NCBI GenBank assembly: GCA_013239625.1
Contig: MU054026.1
Coordinates: 248,001-312,000, forward strand
Length of the DNA: 64,000 bases
Origin: Lama guanicoe
Lineage: Eukaryota
Direction of reading: 5' to 3'
The translations under genes were made by a program, and so were the position numbers. Under the pieces are notes generated by a model. That model had not been told where the DNA came from. It did not search any database and worked only from the letters and a program-made list of their open reading frames with translations. The first letter of the stretch is position 1. The number at the start of each line of letters is the position of its first letter. This document shows, piece after piece, positions 37,961-50,829 of the stretch.

Positions 37961-38962
37961 TTTAAACTTTAAATTTCTTTGAGTTTTAAAAACCACTTTA
38001 ATACACATCCTCCCTACGTTATATGCCCCCCAGCACACACACATGCACACACACCCCACACAACACGTACACAAGCACACAAAATCTTCCCTCATCGTGT
38101 TATTTCTTCTCCAGGAAAGAACCTAGTTTCTTCACTACTTATCCTCAAAAAACATGGTTTCTGCCTCACTGTCACCTTATCATCCTAGACTCTTTCTGTT
38201 CACTGAGAGTCCTCTTAAAAACACCAGAATGCTATTAAAAGATTCTGAATTATGTAATTCATTTCCTCCCTGTACATTTATATCGACGCAGTTTACAATC
38301 ATATTTGCTTTTTTTGTTCATCATTGTGTTTATTTGTTTTTTATGAATCACATCATAACTGTGGGCTCATATTGAGTTAATCTTTAAGCAAAATCTCCAG
38401 CTCTTTTTCTTATATGAACATTGTTAATTTGGCTTTCCTATTCCATAGTTGTGCAATTCATTTTTTTTTTTAGCCTGCATGAAGAAATTTACATAGTGTA
38501 TTGAAAACTTTTATCTTATAGGTTTTGACCCATTTAGAATGATCTAGACTGTTTATATTTTATCAATTTTTTAATTTTAGGTTACTTTATTTTTTATTAT
38601 CAAATAGAATGAATAAATCAGTGTCTAAAGCTACAGAGATTATATTAATGTGAATGATTGGCAATGTCTAAAAATTGCTTTTCCAGAAGGGAGTACAGTT
38701 GAACCATATTCAAAATCGTTCTTTATAAATTAAAAAAAGAAATCTGATCTACTTTAAAGAAGATACTTTGAAATATATAAATGTATATAGAGAAACTTTC
38801 ACTACATTATTTTGAATCTTTCAAACACTGACTGATTGCATTATTATTATTATTGTAATATGCATAATGTTTCTACTTTATCAGTAGTCCCAATGTATAA
38901 AGTTATGATTGGAGTTAAAGTATATTCAGATGGTATATTTTTATTAATTTTTAATTTTACAT

Positions 38963-39360
38963 CTGTGGCAAAAGACACTTGCTGGCCACCAAAACCTAGT
39001 CTCCCCTTCCGGGGCCCGTGACTGGATTACTGTCGCCAGCCGACTTCATCATCAGCTACAGCGCTGTTTTCTAGCCAACAGAATGTGAGTGAAAGACTGC
39101 TCCTTTCGGGGCCTTTCAGGCAGCAGTATGCCGAATCACCCTCTCTCCCTCCCCCTGCTCTTGAACCCAGACATGATGACTGATGATCTTAACTATACCA
39201 GGGGGTATGACAGAGCCACGGGCAGAAGCAGCCCGAAATCTCTGTGCAGGGAAGAGCTGCCTTCTGACCTGGAATACCTGGAATTACAAGCAAGAATTAA
39301 GTCACTGAATTTGGGGTCTGCTTCTTATAAGAGCTTAACTTACATCAACCAGTATAATAT
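38963..39360 (+). mobile_element. MLT1 solo LTR
   Basis: tgtggcaaaagacac...ttctagccaacagaatgtgagtgaaag...ttaagtcactgaatttggggtctg. Confidence 0.6.
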
Positions 39361-41647
39361 GCGGCACACTGATGGTAGATACAATTATTGAGATATGTGT
39401 CTTCATCCAAATTGCTTAGGTTTTTCTGTGGTAGGAATAATGGGGAGAGAGAGAATGCTAATAAAATTAAACTTTCTCTACGTCTGTGCTTCATTCATTT
39501 CAGCTCAAGAAACCTGTTTTATTTCCTAGAAGACACCTAAGCCCCTGATTCTGGTCATATTGTGCTTTTATCATAAGTAACCTCCTCTTTGAAGTCTTTC
39601 CCATCTTCCCCAGGCAGCGTCAACACCTCCCTCTCTACCATGTTCCCACTGAAACCTTGCCCAAACCTCATGATTTGTAATTCCATTAAAACCATTTTCT
39701 TGCTATCTTTTCATTAGACTATGTGCTCCCAAGGACTGGGAGAAGGTTTTATTTATCTGTGTGTTCTCAGTGCTGTGTCACAATGTCTGACAGCGTGGTT
39801 TTCAAACCTTGCACATTCTCTTAAGTTGAAACTTAACATCTTCTTAGATTTTTTTTTCTTTTGGTTTGATTTATTTAAGACTGTTCATGACAGCCAGATG
39901 GTCCACACTGGTTTCAGACAATTTATTACAGTACTCAGCTGTTGCATCAAATCTATTTCTTAAAGGAGAAAAATTACTTATTATTTTAACAAGAGAAGAC
40001 GACTCCAGACTTATAAAGAAGCTTAGATGTGGGTTCATGACTCCCTGCTCTTTAGAATTCTTTTTAAATCTGGAACGTATCTGATTGGCTTAAACTCCAT
40101 TCAGCATCCTGTGGAAATCCAAAGCCCTTACCAGATTTTCTCCAAGTTCGTGGAAATATGGGGGTGGGTGGGATATGTCCTAATGGTGACCTCCTTGGCT
40201 GTCTTGCTTCTCAGAGTCTCTGCCTTCCACACCACATCAACCCAAGTATGGCATTAAGCCCCTTTCTCAGTTCCCATGAAAAATCCCATCAGAAGCTAGC
40301 AATGATCTGGGGGAACGGGGAGGGGGAGCTTACATTACAGAATTACAAGCAACTTTAAAATGAATGTGAGCCTTTCAAGCAGCCTTGTTCTCTCAATTTT
40401 TTTTAACCCACGCCAGGGATTTTTTTCAACAGGTCATTTCAGCAGGGTGGCCTTAGCCCCTTGTCTCCTCACTGCCTGTTCTCTCCTCCCCTCTCTTAAT
40501 ATCCCTTCCCTCTCTGGCATCTCAATTTCCATTTCTTTCTAACTCAGAGCAGCGTAGTTATTTCGTTTGTGGTTTGGGTTCCTGCAGACCCAGTTAGGAT
40601 CTCACCTTTCTCTCTGAGTCTTACCACGGTACTTCCCCAAATACCAACATCATTTTTCTAAGTGAATTCCAGACAATAAAACTTTAAGTTAATTACATAC
40701 ACATGCTGGGTGGTGGGGAGAGACTGCTGGTATCTGGACCTCAGTTATTTTGTAGAGACTTGTCCAGAGATCTACAATATGTCAGCTGCAGAACACAGCC
40801 CTGCCTCTGGGCCCCCAGACTCCTAGCTGACGCCTCACCCCAGACCATGCCACCAGCCTTTGCAGGGCGGAGTGGGTGCATTTCAGCCTACGCCCTAAGC
40901 ACAATCCACACGCCTCTGTCCACCTCCCTTTAGGAGCCAAGTTCCATGACTGTACACCTTCCTTGTTGTCCGATCCCTTCTTCCTGCCTTCACAACCGAC
41001 TCCCTACCTCTGTCCATCTAAGACTCTGACACCTCAATGCATCCAAGATTAGAACCACAGTATCAGCTTTCAAAATTTCACTATTCCGGGATATTACGCA
41101 ATTTCCATGTAATAAATTACTACATTTTGCTCGTGTTTTTCAAAATCTCAGATCAGTATGATTTACATATTGAGCTAAATTTACAAAGCATTCTGATCAT
41201 ATCCTCCCTCTCTTTAAAATCCCTGCCATGTATCTTGTTATTTTAATTCACATTTCTTGAGTTGCTAGGGAGGTGGGGTGTGTTTTCTTATCTTTATTCA
41301 TTGGTCACTGGAATTCATTTAGGACTAGACGACCTTGATAAAGTGTTAGAAGTTGGGCTGGAGATGGAGGGAAGCCAAGAAAACTAGAGGTGGATATATT
41401 GTTCAATTAACCATTAATGAAATATTCAATATGCAATATCCAAATACGGTTGGCCATCAGTTAATCGGCATTCATACATATGCTGAGTAGAATTATCCAC
41501 ATTTTGTCAGTAAGACCAACACATAATATGGATTGTATATAAACATTCCTCTAAACTACACCATATACACTTTTTTCAGTCTTGGGTACAAGAAGGGTTA
41601 ATAATTGTTTCAGCATGACATCAGTATGTCTCCTCCAAAGTAGAAGA

Positions 41648-41964
41648 CATTTATGAACTTATCTACAAAACAGAAACAGACTCACAGACATAATAAACAA
41701 ACCTATGGTTACCAGGGGGAAAGAGGGTAGAAAGGGATAAATTGAGAGCTTGAGAATTGCTAATGTTAACTACTATATATAAAATAGATTTAAAAAATCA
41801 AATTTCTTCTGTATAGCACAGGGAACTATATTCAATATCCTGTAGTAACTTATGATGAAAAAAAATATGAAAACAAATATACGCATGTATATGTATGACT
41901 AAAACATTATGCTATACACCAGAAACTGACACATTGTAACTGACTATACGTCAATTAAAAAAAA
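41648..41964 (+). mobile_element. lineage-specific L1 3' UTR fragment
   Basis: atgaacttatctacaaaacagaaacagactcacagacata...gtatagcacagggaactatattc...gactatacgtcaattaaaaaaaa. Confidence 0.85.
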
Positions 41965-42247
41965 GCTCCTACAAACACATACACACACCATCTTCCAGAT
42001 GTGTTGCCCTCATGTTCTGGGCACTTGGTTGTTTCTAAATAGCTGGGTGCATGGCCTCTTGCAGGTGGAACACCTGGGTGATTGTATTCTTCCCTATTCA
42101 TCCAAAAGTTTTGGCAGCTAGTTGCAGACAGATTGAAAATCTTCCCTGGAAACAAGTAGGGGTAGCCTTTGTCAGCTGAATATTAACAGGACCCAAGGCA
42201 GAGTTTCTTTCCCAAGTCTCAGCTACCATCAAAATGTTATTTTCCAA

Positions 42248-42457
42248 TTTGTGATGCAGATACTAACTACTATATATAAAAAAGATAAACAAGTTTACAC
42301 TGTGTAGCACAGAGGACTGTATTCAACATCTTGTAGTAACGTATAATGAAAAAGAACCTGAAAATGAATATATGTATGTTCATGTATGACTGAAGCATCG
42401 TGCTGTGCACCAGAAACTGACACATTGTAAACTGACTATACTTCAATTGAAAAAAAA
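42248..42457 (+). mobile_element. lineage-specific L1 3' UTR fragment with TSD
   Basis: L1 terminus gactatacttcaattgaaaaaaaa; TSD gttattttccaa (42236-42247 / 42458-42469). Confidence 0.85.
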
Positions 42458-42904
42458 GTTATTTTCCAACTATTAAGGGCTGGTCTTGTATATTATAATT
42501 CAAGAACAATCATATCCAGGATGAAACATGAGGAATAAGTTTAGTAAGATTTCAGTCCTGGCAGACGTGTATAGGTAACAGATGTATCTGTGAAAATCAG
42601 ACTATTTGACATCTGAAATTTGCCTTCATGATGAATCTGGGCTTTATATATTTAGGAAGAATTGGAATTGGTGTTCTAATGGCAAGTAAATTTACATTTG
42701 TCCAGATCTGTGTGTGTCTATTTATTTCCATGAACAGTGGAATAGTAAATTAAGGAATCTTCTGAGTTCCAATGGAATAAACATGTGTTTTAAATTAAAT
42801 ATAGATTGTCTGGTATTAGCAATGACAGATAAATTATGTGAAATATACCTATAATAGTAAAATATACGCACATTTTATCCTGAATATACATATATTATTT
42901 AGCT

Positions 42905-43140
42905 GTATGAGTTGGTGGGTTAGAATATCTGTTTTGGCAGCTGGGCTGTGTATGAATTTTAGTTGCACCACCTACTGTCTGCGTGAACTTGAGCCAATTA
43001 TTTAACCTCTCTGTGACCTTATAAAATGTGAATAACATTAGAGCTTGCATCGTAAAGTCATCGCGTGAAGGTAAGTTGAGATAATGTGTGCAAGGCACGT
43101 GAAAGGTGCCTGGAACACAATCAATTTTCAATAAACATAA
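42905..43140 (+). mobile_element. MIR SINE
   Basis: ctactgtctgcgtgaacttgagccaattatttaacctctctgtgacct...gtgcctggaacacaat. Confidence 0.7.
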
Positions 43141-43589
43141 CAGGACTGCATCTGTGCCTGTGAATAAGAAAGAAAGAGACAGAAAGAGAAAGCATGTGTG
43201 CTTTAAGATCTAGATATACACTAATTTTTTCTGAATAATGAAAATCCTCTGGCTTTCATTTTCTGAATTTTGCCTTCAGAGAACTGCCGTCTGATTCACA
43301 GGGTATAAGAATGCAGGGGGCGAAAAGCAAACTTCAAGAAACTGTGTTCAAAAATGAAACACAACTGTGAGAGCTTACTTCTATATTGTTTCTCTTTCTT
43401 AAATAGCACTTTGAACATTTGACTTCCCTGCTCTAAAATCTTCAGTGGACTTCGATCAGTTTCTTGCTTGACCACTTACAATTGCCTTGACTTTGGACCA
43501 GCCACTGTGTCCTCATCTACTGATGAGATTGGGAACCCCTGTCCCACCTGCCTCTTTGGAACTGTTGTGAGGATCACAAGGGGACATTT

Positions 43590-44030
43590 AGTGGGTTATT
43601 TCCTGCTCTTGTCTGCCTAGCTCCTTCTTTCCTTGAAGGAACTGTCTGTCCCCTTTTCTCCACCTGCATGTCTCTTGTGGGATTATTCACCATGCTTGCT
43701 CCTCATCTCAAACCTGGGCATCTGGTAGAAGCCTGATCAAGTGTGGTAATCCACTCCCATGTCCTCAGCAACCGGTCCAAGGTATCCAAGGACAACTAAG
43801 AAGAGTCTATCCGTGAATTTAGATAAAAGCAGACTTTTGGGGAGAAAACAACTTCTTCTTGGATCTCCGTTCGCAGAGAGGATGTAGGCTGGAGCTTTTG
43901 CCATCAACTTCCCCAGCCATATAAGGGACGCTCTCGATAATAGCAGAGAAAGAGGGCAACCAATAAAAAGAAATAGATACGAACAAAGGAGACTGAACAA
44001 GTCCACAGCAAAAACACTTTTCCCATCTTG
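43590..44030 (+). mobile_element. old MLT1 (K/L-like) LTR fragment
   Basis: degenerate MaLR motifs (ggatgtaggctggagcttttgccatc...cccagccat). Confidence 0.4.
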
Positions 44031-44459
44031 CCAGAGAGCCATTAGGCATCATTTACATTATCTCTTGCTGCTCTGCATCATGTAGCCACAGGTTTCCGCC
44101 TTTACTCGCATTGCTCAACCACTACCCTTCTCTCCCTACCCCACTTTCAACACCTAAATCTCTTTTCCTGTGGACACTCACATTCAAATCTTGGCTCCTT
44201 TAATTTCTAGATGTCTTTTACTTCTCCACCCCTTACTGATTTCTTTTGCCTCTGAGATGTTACCAAATATTACCACGTAATTCATTCTTGGGTACTTAAT
44301 GATACGCTATAATGATACTTTCAGATGTTTTATGTAACATTCTGGGTTCCTGAGGCACACCTGCTTCTGTACTCCAGTCCCAAGACTTCTCTTCCTCTGT
44401 AACAGAAGTCAAGGCTGCCTGCTTGCCAGCTGCTTCCTAACTATTAAATATCCAATCCT

Positions 44460-47400
44460 CGTTCACAAAAAATGAGTGGGTTTTTAATAGACAGTGCTTG
44501 GTGAGAAAGATAAAAAGAGAATGTGATACGAACAGCATTTATAGACATTAAACACTCACAGATTTAAAAAAATACATCTTATAAAAACAAATACAAATGA
44601 AAAAGTCAACATTAAACAGAATAAAGTGGATGTGGGAGAAGGGCACAATTATACGAGTAGGCTACAATGAGCAAAGAGTTTTTACGTGAACTCAGGGTGA
44701 CGGTGTGCTGTAAACTGAGGAAGATGAAAATTAACCCTCTACATCTGAGATCCTAAATAAATTCACAAATGTGTACCTTTATTCTAGGTCGCAAGTGGTT
44801 GCAAATCCCTCAGTTTTGAGAATTGAAGTCAAAAACGCCCTTAGGTATCTGTTTTATTACATACACCCTATTTATACCATGAAGCAAAAAGATTGCACTG
44901 TCAAACTTTAAATGGCTGTCAAACTTTAAAAATATCCAACATAAGAAAATATGGATTAAAAAATTCTTAAACACAAATATGAAAAAGGTTGGGAAGCAAT
45001 TATTTCCACTGCTGCCCCCAAAAATGCATCCTGTTTAATAGATAACTTGCTGCAAGCTTAATTTAAAATTGAACCATCCAGTTCATGTAAAAACACGTTT
45101 CAATTAAATCATTCTTCTGTTTAAAAAAAATTAATTCACACCAATGTTTCATAAAGAGGAGCAGCTCTATCTTTTCGTTGTTGTTAAAACTGCTTTTCCA
45201 ACTTTAGTTTCTGTGTTTCACATTTTCATAATGAGCAGATTATGCTGTACAAAGTATATACTGGAGAACATTTAATTCATTCTGAGAGTAATTTAACCAA
45301 TTTAAAAACACATTTTCTACGCATTTGTTGATTGTTTTTCTCTTTGTTTGTTTGTTTGTTTTTTGGTTTTGGTTTTTGTGGGTTTTTTTTTTTTTTTAAA
45401 TGCTAGACAACAAAGGCCCTCAAGAGCAAAGGCACATGGTGTCCTTCTTTTGTGATTCCCAGATGTGCAGGGTCTGATTATGGCGGCAATCACACTAACG
45501 CTGTTAATGATAGTAATCATGTCAACTGCAGAAGGAGTCAAGACCGGCGAAACGAAAAATCTTATATTCGAAATGGGCCCTTTTAAATTGCCATTTCTTT
45601 CTTCTTTCTTTTTGTCCTTTTCTCCATTGGCAATAACAGGGAATCACAAATAATTTCAAACTACATTATGTTCCTTGACACAGAAGACCATATCTTAAAT
45701 CACCATTTTCCAACCAGCGTGTCATGACATCCTTATTTGTTCCTAATAGCTGTGACGTGCTTTAAGCCCAACCTTAGTGTGTGATATAAATAACTAGCTA
45801 TTAATATGAAAAATACTTTAAAATGTGATTTTTAATAAAACATTATCTTTCAGGCTGTACCATGAACAATGCCACTTTCATTCATTTTCTTTCAAATATG
45901 CTCTTTTGAGAGACGAAAAGAATGAAGATAAAAATCTTATAATAAAAACTGTACATGTTTTGTCCATATAACAACCGCCTGCTGAAAACCTTCATGGATC
46001 CTCGTTTTAAATGTCCTGTCATCCCCTAAACAAGGAAAGATTCTAGCATTCAGGTCTCTCACAATCTCATAATCCAAATATAACCATGTGCTTCTCAGTG
46101 GCAGCATTGGCACAAAAATCCTTCATCAAATTCTAGATCCTGAATTTTTTTTGAAAAATATGGTCAGCATGGAAATCTGCCAAAAATACAATGTTTGTTA
46201 ATTGCCATATAAAAGAGAAACAGAGCCAGAGAGCCATTATACAGACATTTAATCAGACATAAATCAGACATAAACTAGTAATATATGAAAATCCAGAAAA
46301 AAATTGTCTTTCATCAGAGCAATGCATTTAACTGATAATTTCAACATTTTCCACCTTCAAATTCTTTTTACTATATCAGTTAACCAAAAAAAAAAAAAAA
46401 TGGAGAAGCTGCAAAGGGTATCCAAGCTTCTAAGAATTTAAAAGACCAAAAAGGGAGACATTTGGTTATATTCATACCTGCAATAGAGTGCCCGTCATTT
46501 GCAGGGCACTCAATAAAGAGCTGCCGTTTTCAGCTCACACTGGGGAGGGAGAATGAAAAAATTCTACAGGTAAAAAGGAAAATGTCACATTCACACAAAA
46601 TACTAAAAATACAAAGTTGAATGGGAAAAAAAAGTGGGAAGAAAAGGGGAAAAGGAGACTGTGGGTGTGGGGGCAAGACTGAAAGAGCAGAGAGATGGAA
46701 CTGAGTTTTGAATTTTAAGGGGAGAAGGAATTAAATTCTCTACCAGAAAAATAAATCAAGGGAACTTTTATCGGATGACTAATACATTAGAAACCTAGAG
46801 AAAGAGCTGAGCTCCAGGTGAAGCCAGTTCAAGGACAAAAGGGCAAGCTCCCACTCTTCGAATACTGTCAAGGGATCTTCAATGAATTCATGGAGCAGAG
46901 ACACAGAATCCGGAATTCTTAGAGATGCTTGTCTGCGTCCAGGAAGTCTTGTGAGCATCTCTGAAAGGCCTTGTTATTGACTAATGAGCTTGTCTGAATC
47001 AACTATTTGCTTTATTATTTGCAAGCAAACATACAATTATGCCTGAGCTAATTTGAGACTCCAACTTTTCATTCTTAACGCAGCTTAGTTAACGTGTAAA
47101 ACCTTTCACAGTGTACATGACAAAAAGGTTACTCTTTATTCTTTTGTGCCAGTGATTTTTTCTTCTTTTCCAAAGCAAGCTTCACTGGATGTCATTTCCT
47201 CTAGAAAGTTTTTTCCCTCCTTCCATTAGTGGAACAGTCTAATTACTGCATAATCAAAAAGAGAAGCGCACAGGGCTGCCTGGCTTCGCCACATCCATAC
47301 AATGGTACCGAATGCGTCTTAACAGTCCAGTGAACTGTCAGCGGCAAAAGTAATTGGAAATTGGGGGCTATTTTTTGTGTGCTGGCAGTGGGAGTTGTTC

Positions 47401-48185
47401 TTGCACTTGTTAATAGGCAAATCACTCTCAGGAGGTAGGGAGTCTACACTTAGTTTGTAAAGACCCTTTATAATGTTAAAAAAAATGTTAAGACACTACC
47501 TTACTCCCTCCTAAATTTTTTTTTTCAATTACACATTAGATGACTTGGCATTTGAGGTAATGTTATCTAGTGTTAATTCACCTGTTAGGAAATTGCCTCT
47601 CTCTGGAACCTGGGGTTAATAGAGTGCAAAAGACCATTCTTATCAAGGGGTGGGAGAAAGGCGATTAATTTACACTATAAATTAAAACACAGAAAATGGG
47701 AAGAAAGCAGACTCTGAGTTCTGGCCTCACTCCTGAAAAGCTATTATGTTTTGTTGTGTCTTCTCTTTTTAATTTGTTATTTTTATCCACTTTAGCAGGC
47801 CTCTAATCATTCCGGGCAGAACACACAGCATGGATGAAACTACACATGAAAGAATATGGTTCAGGAAGCAAAATTAATTGACATTGCAGGGGACATACAC
47901 ACAGAGTCCGTGGAGTTACAGCCGTGTGGCTTCTAGTCACATCACAGTGGAATCGTTTGTCTGTTTAACATTTGCAAAAGCACATTGGAGAAGGAAAACC
48001 ACGCAGTGCTAAGTAGCCTTGTTGACAAGCTTGAATCCTCTTTAGCATATTTCACCTTTAATAAAAATAGTGATGCTAAATAATGATTAAATCCGAGTGT
48101 GCCACATTCAGAACCCATTCCAAAGCAAGGCAGATCAGAAGCTGGCTTCCCACAGATGTGCCTGGACATAGTTGTTTCTGGACCA
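44460..48185 (-). other. probable long 3' UTR of a minus-strand gene
   Basis: ~3.7 kb with no recognisable interspersed repeat, U-rich on the minus strand, directly after a splice acceptor and stop codons; minus-strand poly(A) signals AATAAA (44778-44783, 44853-44858) and ATTAAA (44483-44488, 45271-45276). Confidence 0.6.
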
Positions 48186-48233
48186 CTACGTTGCTCCTGG
48201 TGGCGGTCCATTATTATAAATGGTCTCTGGCGA
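48186..48233 (-). CDS. coding part of a candidate terminal exon (SPETIYNNGPPPGAT* in phase 0, or xARDHL* in phase 1)
   Basis: acceptor ttatttattcattttttactatttag|TCGCCAGAG; stops TAA at 48214-48216 and TAG at 48186-48188; reading frame cannot be fixed from this window. Confidence 0.55.
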   Translation of the reverse strand, partial: SPETIYNNGPPPGAT

Positions 48234-48328
48234 CTAAATAGTAAAAAATGAATAAATAACTTCAGATAGATAGAGAAGCTGTTCATTTCCATTTCAGGAG
48301 ATAGGCCTTTGTTCTCTGCTTTGCTCAC

Positions 48329-48337
48329 CTCCAACAG
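48329..48337 (-). CDS. candidate 9-nt microexon CTGTTGGAG
   Basis: tttgctgttacctttag|CTGTTGGAG|gtgagc, followed by a 95-nt GT-AG intron to the terminal exon. Confidence 0.55.
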
Positions 48338-48609
48338 CTAAAGGTAACAGCAAATCTGGTCACGTGCAAAATTGTTGAAAAGCTCCTGATGCTCAAATTT
48401 CACTCCCCTGACTGCCAGGTCCCAGTATTCTCCTGATGTCTGGTGCCTTCCCAGGAGCCCACACTCAGATGCCTCAACTTAGACCCGAGCATTTCCCTTC
48501 TGCCCCCGTGCAGTGCCTACTTTTCTTATTTCTCCCTCTCAAGACCCTGGCATAGGTAGTCAAACACAAGGGTCTGACCTGACTGGTAACTGCTTAACGT
48601 ATGAGTCAG

Positions 48610-48830
48610 CCAAGGAATACGTGTGATTGATCAAGTGTTCACCGCTTACAAGTTTGGTGGCATCGAGCGTACTGCTTAATTCCTTAAGCCTCAGTTTTCC
48701 CGTTTGCAGAACTGGGTCAATAACCCAGTGAGGGACTGGGGAAGAGTCAATGAGATGACGCACACACAGCACCTATCTCAGTGCCTCGCACACAGTCGAT
48801 ACTCAGTCCACAATAGACGTGGGATTATTA
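48610..48830 (+). mobile_element. MIR SINE
   Basis: gcttaattccttaagcctcagttttcccgtttgcagaactggg...cagtgcctcgcacacagtcgatactcagt. Confidence 0.7.
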
Positions 48831-49554
48831 TTCCCACAGTCAAGGAGAATACCTGCTACATAATTAGAACTAAATACTTGTTTGTTGAATAGAATGAATG
48901 AATAAGGACAGATGAGGCCAGATTGTCATCGGCACCTGAAATAGCAGAACAGTCTCAACACCGTCATCAGATGCCATCAATCAGGTAGCAATCACCTCAC
49001 GTTTGAAATATGCAGGCATCACTAGTTTCCAGAACAACATAGCACTTTAGATTGGTTTAGCCTCCTCCTATGATAGAGCATAGTTTACACAAAGAATAAA
49101 CGTTACAGAATTTCAGTAAGGCATCAGAGGCCAACACAATTCTTATTCCCACTCAAGAAGACATGAGATGGTCCTCATCACTGTTCTCTGGGGTTATTTG
49201 AACTGGTGTTAGTTAATAATGACTCAGTCTTCAACTATTTTAAAGGCTAGTCCAAACGGATCCCTTTGGCATCCAGTCTACTCAACCCATTGTTGAAAAT
49301 AATGACTTAAAAAAAGTCAAGACCGTAATTAAGAAATTTCAATGTATTACAAAGCACTAGAGGATAGAAATTTTAAAATATCCCTGACAAATTGGGAAAC
49401 CTGTCTTTAAAATGGTACAAAAATCAACAGGGACCAGGAGATCCATTTGGAGAAAATTTTTTAATTTTTAAAAAATTCTTTTAGAGAAAATAAATTTAAA
49501 AAAAAAGGAATGGGACAGGATGAAAATCTTAGGGGGAGAAGACGAGCTTTTAAA

Positions 49555-49750
49555 GGAAATGAATTGGGATTTGAATAAAACTCCATCACACTTCTTAGTT
49601 TTATAACTTTGCGTACATCACTTAGACTCTCTCAACTTCAGTTTTCTTATCTTTAAAATGGAAACTATCATATGTCTCTGCAAGCTTCTAGTGAGAATTA
49701 GAAGGATGAAGATTCTAGGCACAGAGCGGCCATTCAGTAAAGAGCAACAG
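49555..49750 (+). mobile_element. MIR SINE
   Basis: tcacttagactctctcaacttcagttttcttatctttaaaatgg. Confidence 0.65.
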
Positions 49751-49909
49751 GGGATGTATTGGTGGTGGCGGCAGCAAGAATAGACTTGTCTTTGGGGAGT
49801 CATATTTAACTACAGGCTAAATGCAAAACAGCAATTTCATGCTGCAGGAAAACAAAAACAGTATTCTGAAACGTATTTTTTAAGCATGTAATGGAAGGAG
49901 GAAAAAAAA

Positions 49910-50600
49910 AACAAATGGCTAATAAACATAGGAAAAAACAGCTCGATTTTACTAGTGATCGGGGAAATGCAAATTAAATAATGAGATAACTACTATGCAC
50001 ACATCAGATTGGCAAACTTAAAAAGTGTGACAATATCAAATACAGTTGAGGATGTGAAAAACAGGAGCTCTGAGAAGCACTTTGGAGAGCCATTTGCAAT
50101 ATCCGGTTAAAAAGTGGCGGGTCCTCTGCTGCTCTCCAGCAGCACTGCTCCACTGCAGACATGCTCACATCTGAACACGAGGACAAATGTACAAGCATTG
50201 TTTATAATAGAGGGGGAAATAGAGACAAAACCTGAATGTCTTTCAACAGAAGAATGGACATATAAAAGTGATATATTTGTTAAAATGTGACAGTTAAAAT
50301 GTGAATATGACAGAACATTTAAAACGAATGAATCAAAACTCAGCTACATGAATACACCTTCAGAACAGTGCTAAAAGGAGAAGAGCATGTTGCTGACTCT
50401 TTTGAAAAATTAAACTACTTTATATTGGCTCTGAAAAAGTACAAAAACATGAAATGGTACGCACTAGACTCAGAATGGCAGTTTTTGATGGGATGGGAAT
50501 GAAAAGAAGAGGAGGACAGGGTCTATGATATTTAATTTTTGTCAAAAAATCTGAAGCAAATATGACAAACAGATAAGATTTCTTGAACCTGGTACTGTGT
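49910..50600 (+). mobile_element. old L1M (L1ME/MD-like) fragment
   Basis: aaatggctaataaacatagg...gggaaatgcaaattaaa...atcagattggcaaacttaaaaagtgtgacaata. Confidence 0.65.
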
Positions 50601-50829
50601 ATGCAGAAAGGCTCATATAATCACATCGTGTAGACGAATCTCAGGCGCTTACAGCCACCATCTGTAAAATGAAGTAACTGGACCAGCTAATCACGGAGTT
50701 CCCTTCCAGCTGAGACAGTCCAGGACTCAAAAGGTGGTAAGAAGGACTTACAATGATACGGAAGGCCAGTCAAGTTGTTCCCTCTGGCACAGAAAGGGAA
50801 AAATCAGTTTAAACTTAAGAATAAATATT

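Noticed and set aside
44890..48110. miRNA seed matches in the UTR (miR-25/92, 124, 96, 27/128, 34, 181)
   Set aside because: This many 7-8-mer matches is expected by chance in 3.7 kb, so conservation data are required.
47942..48334. 130-aa minus-strand ORF
   Set aside because: It runs across the microexon, the 95-nt intron and the presumed UTR. Its composition is not protein-like, and a spliced model explains the region better.
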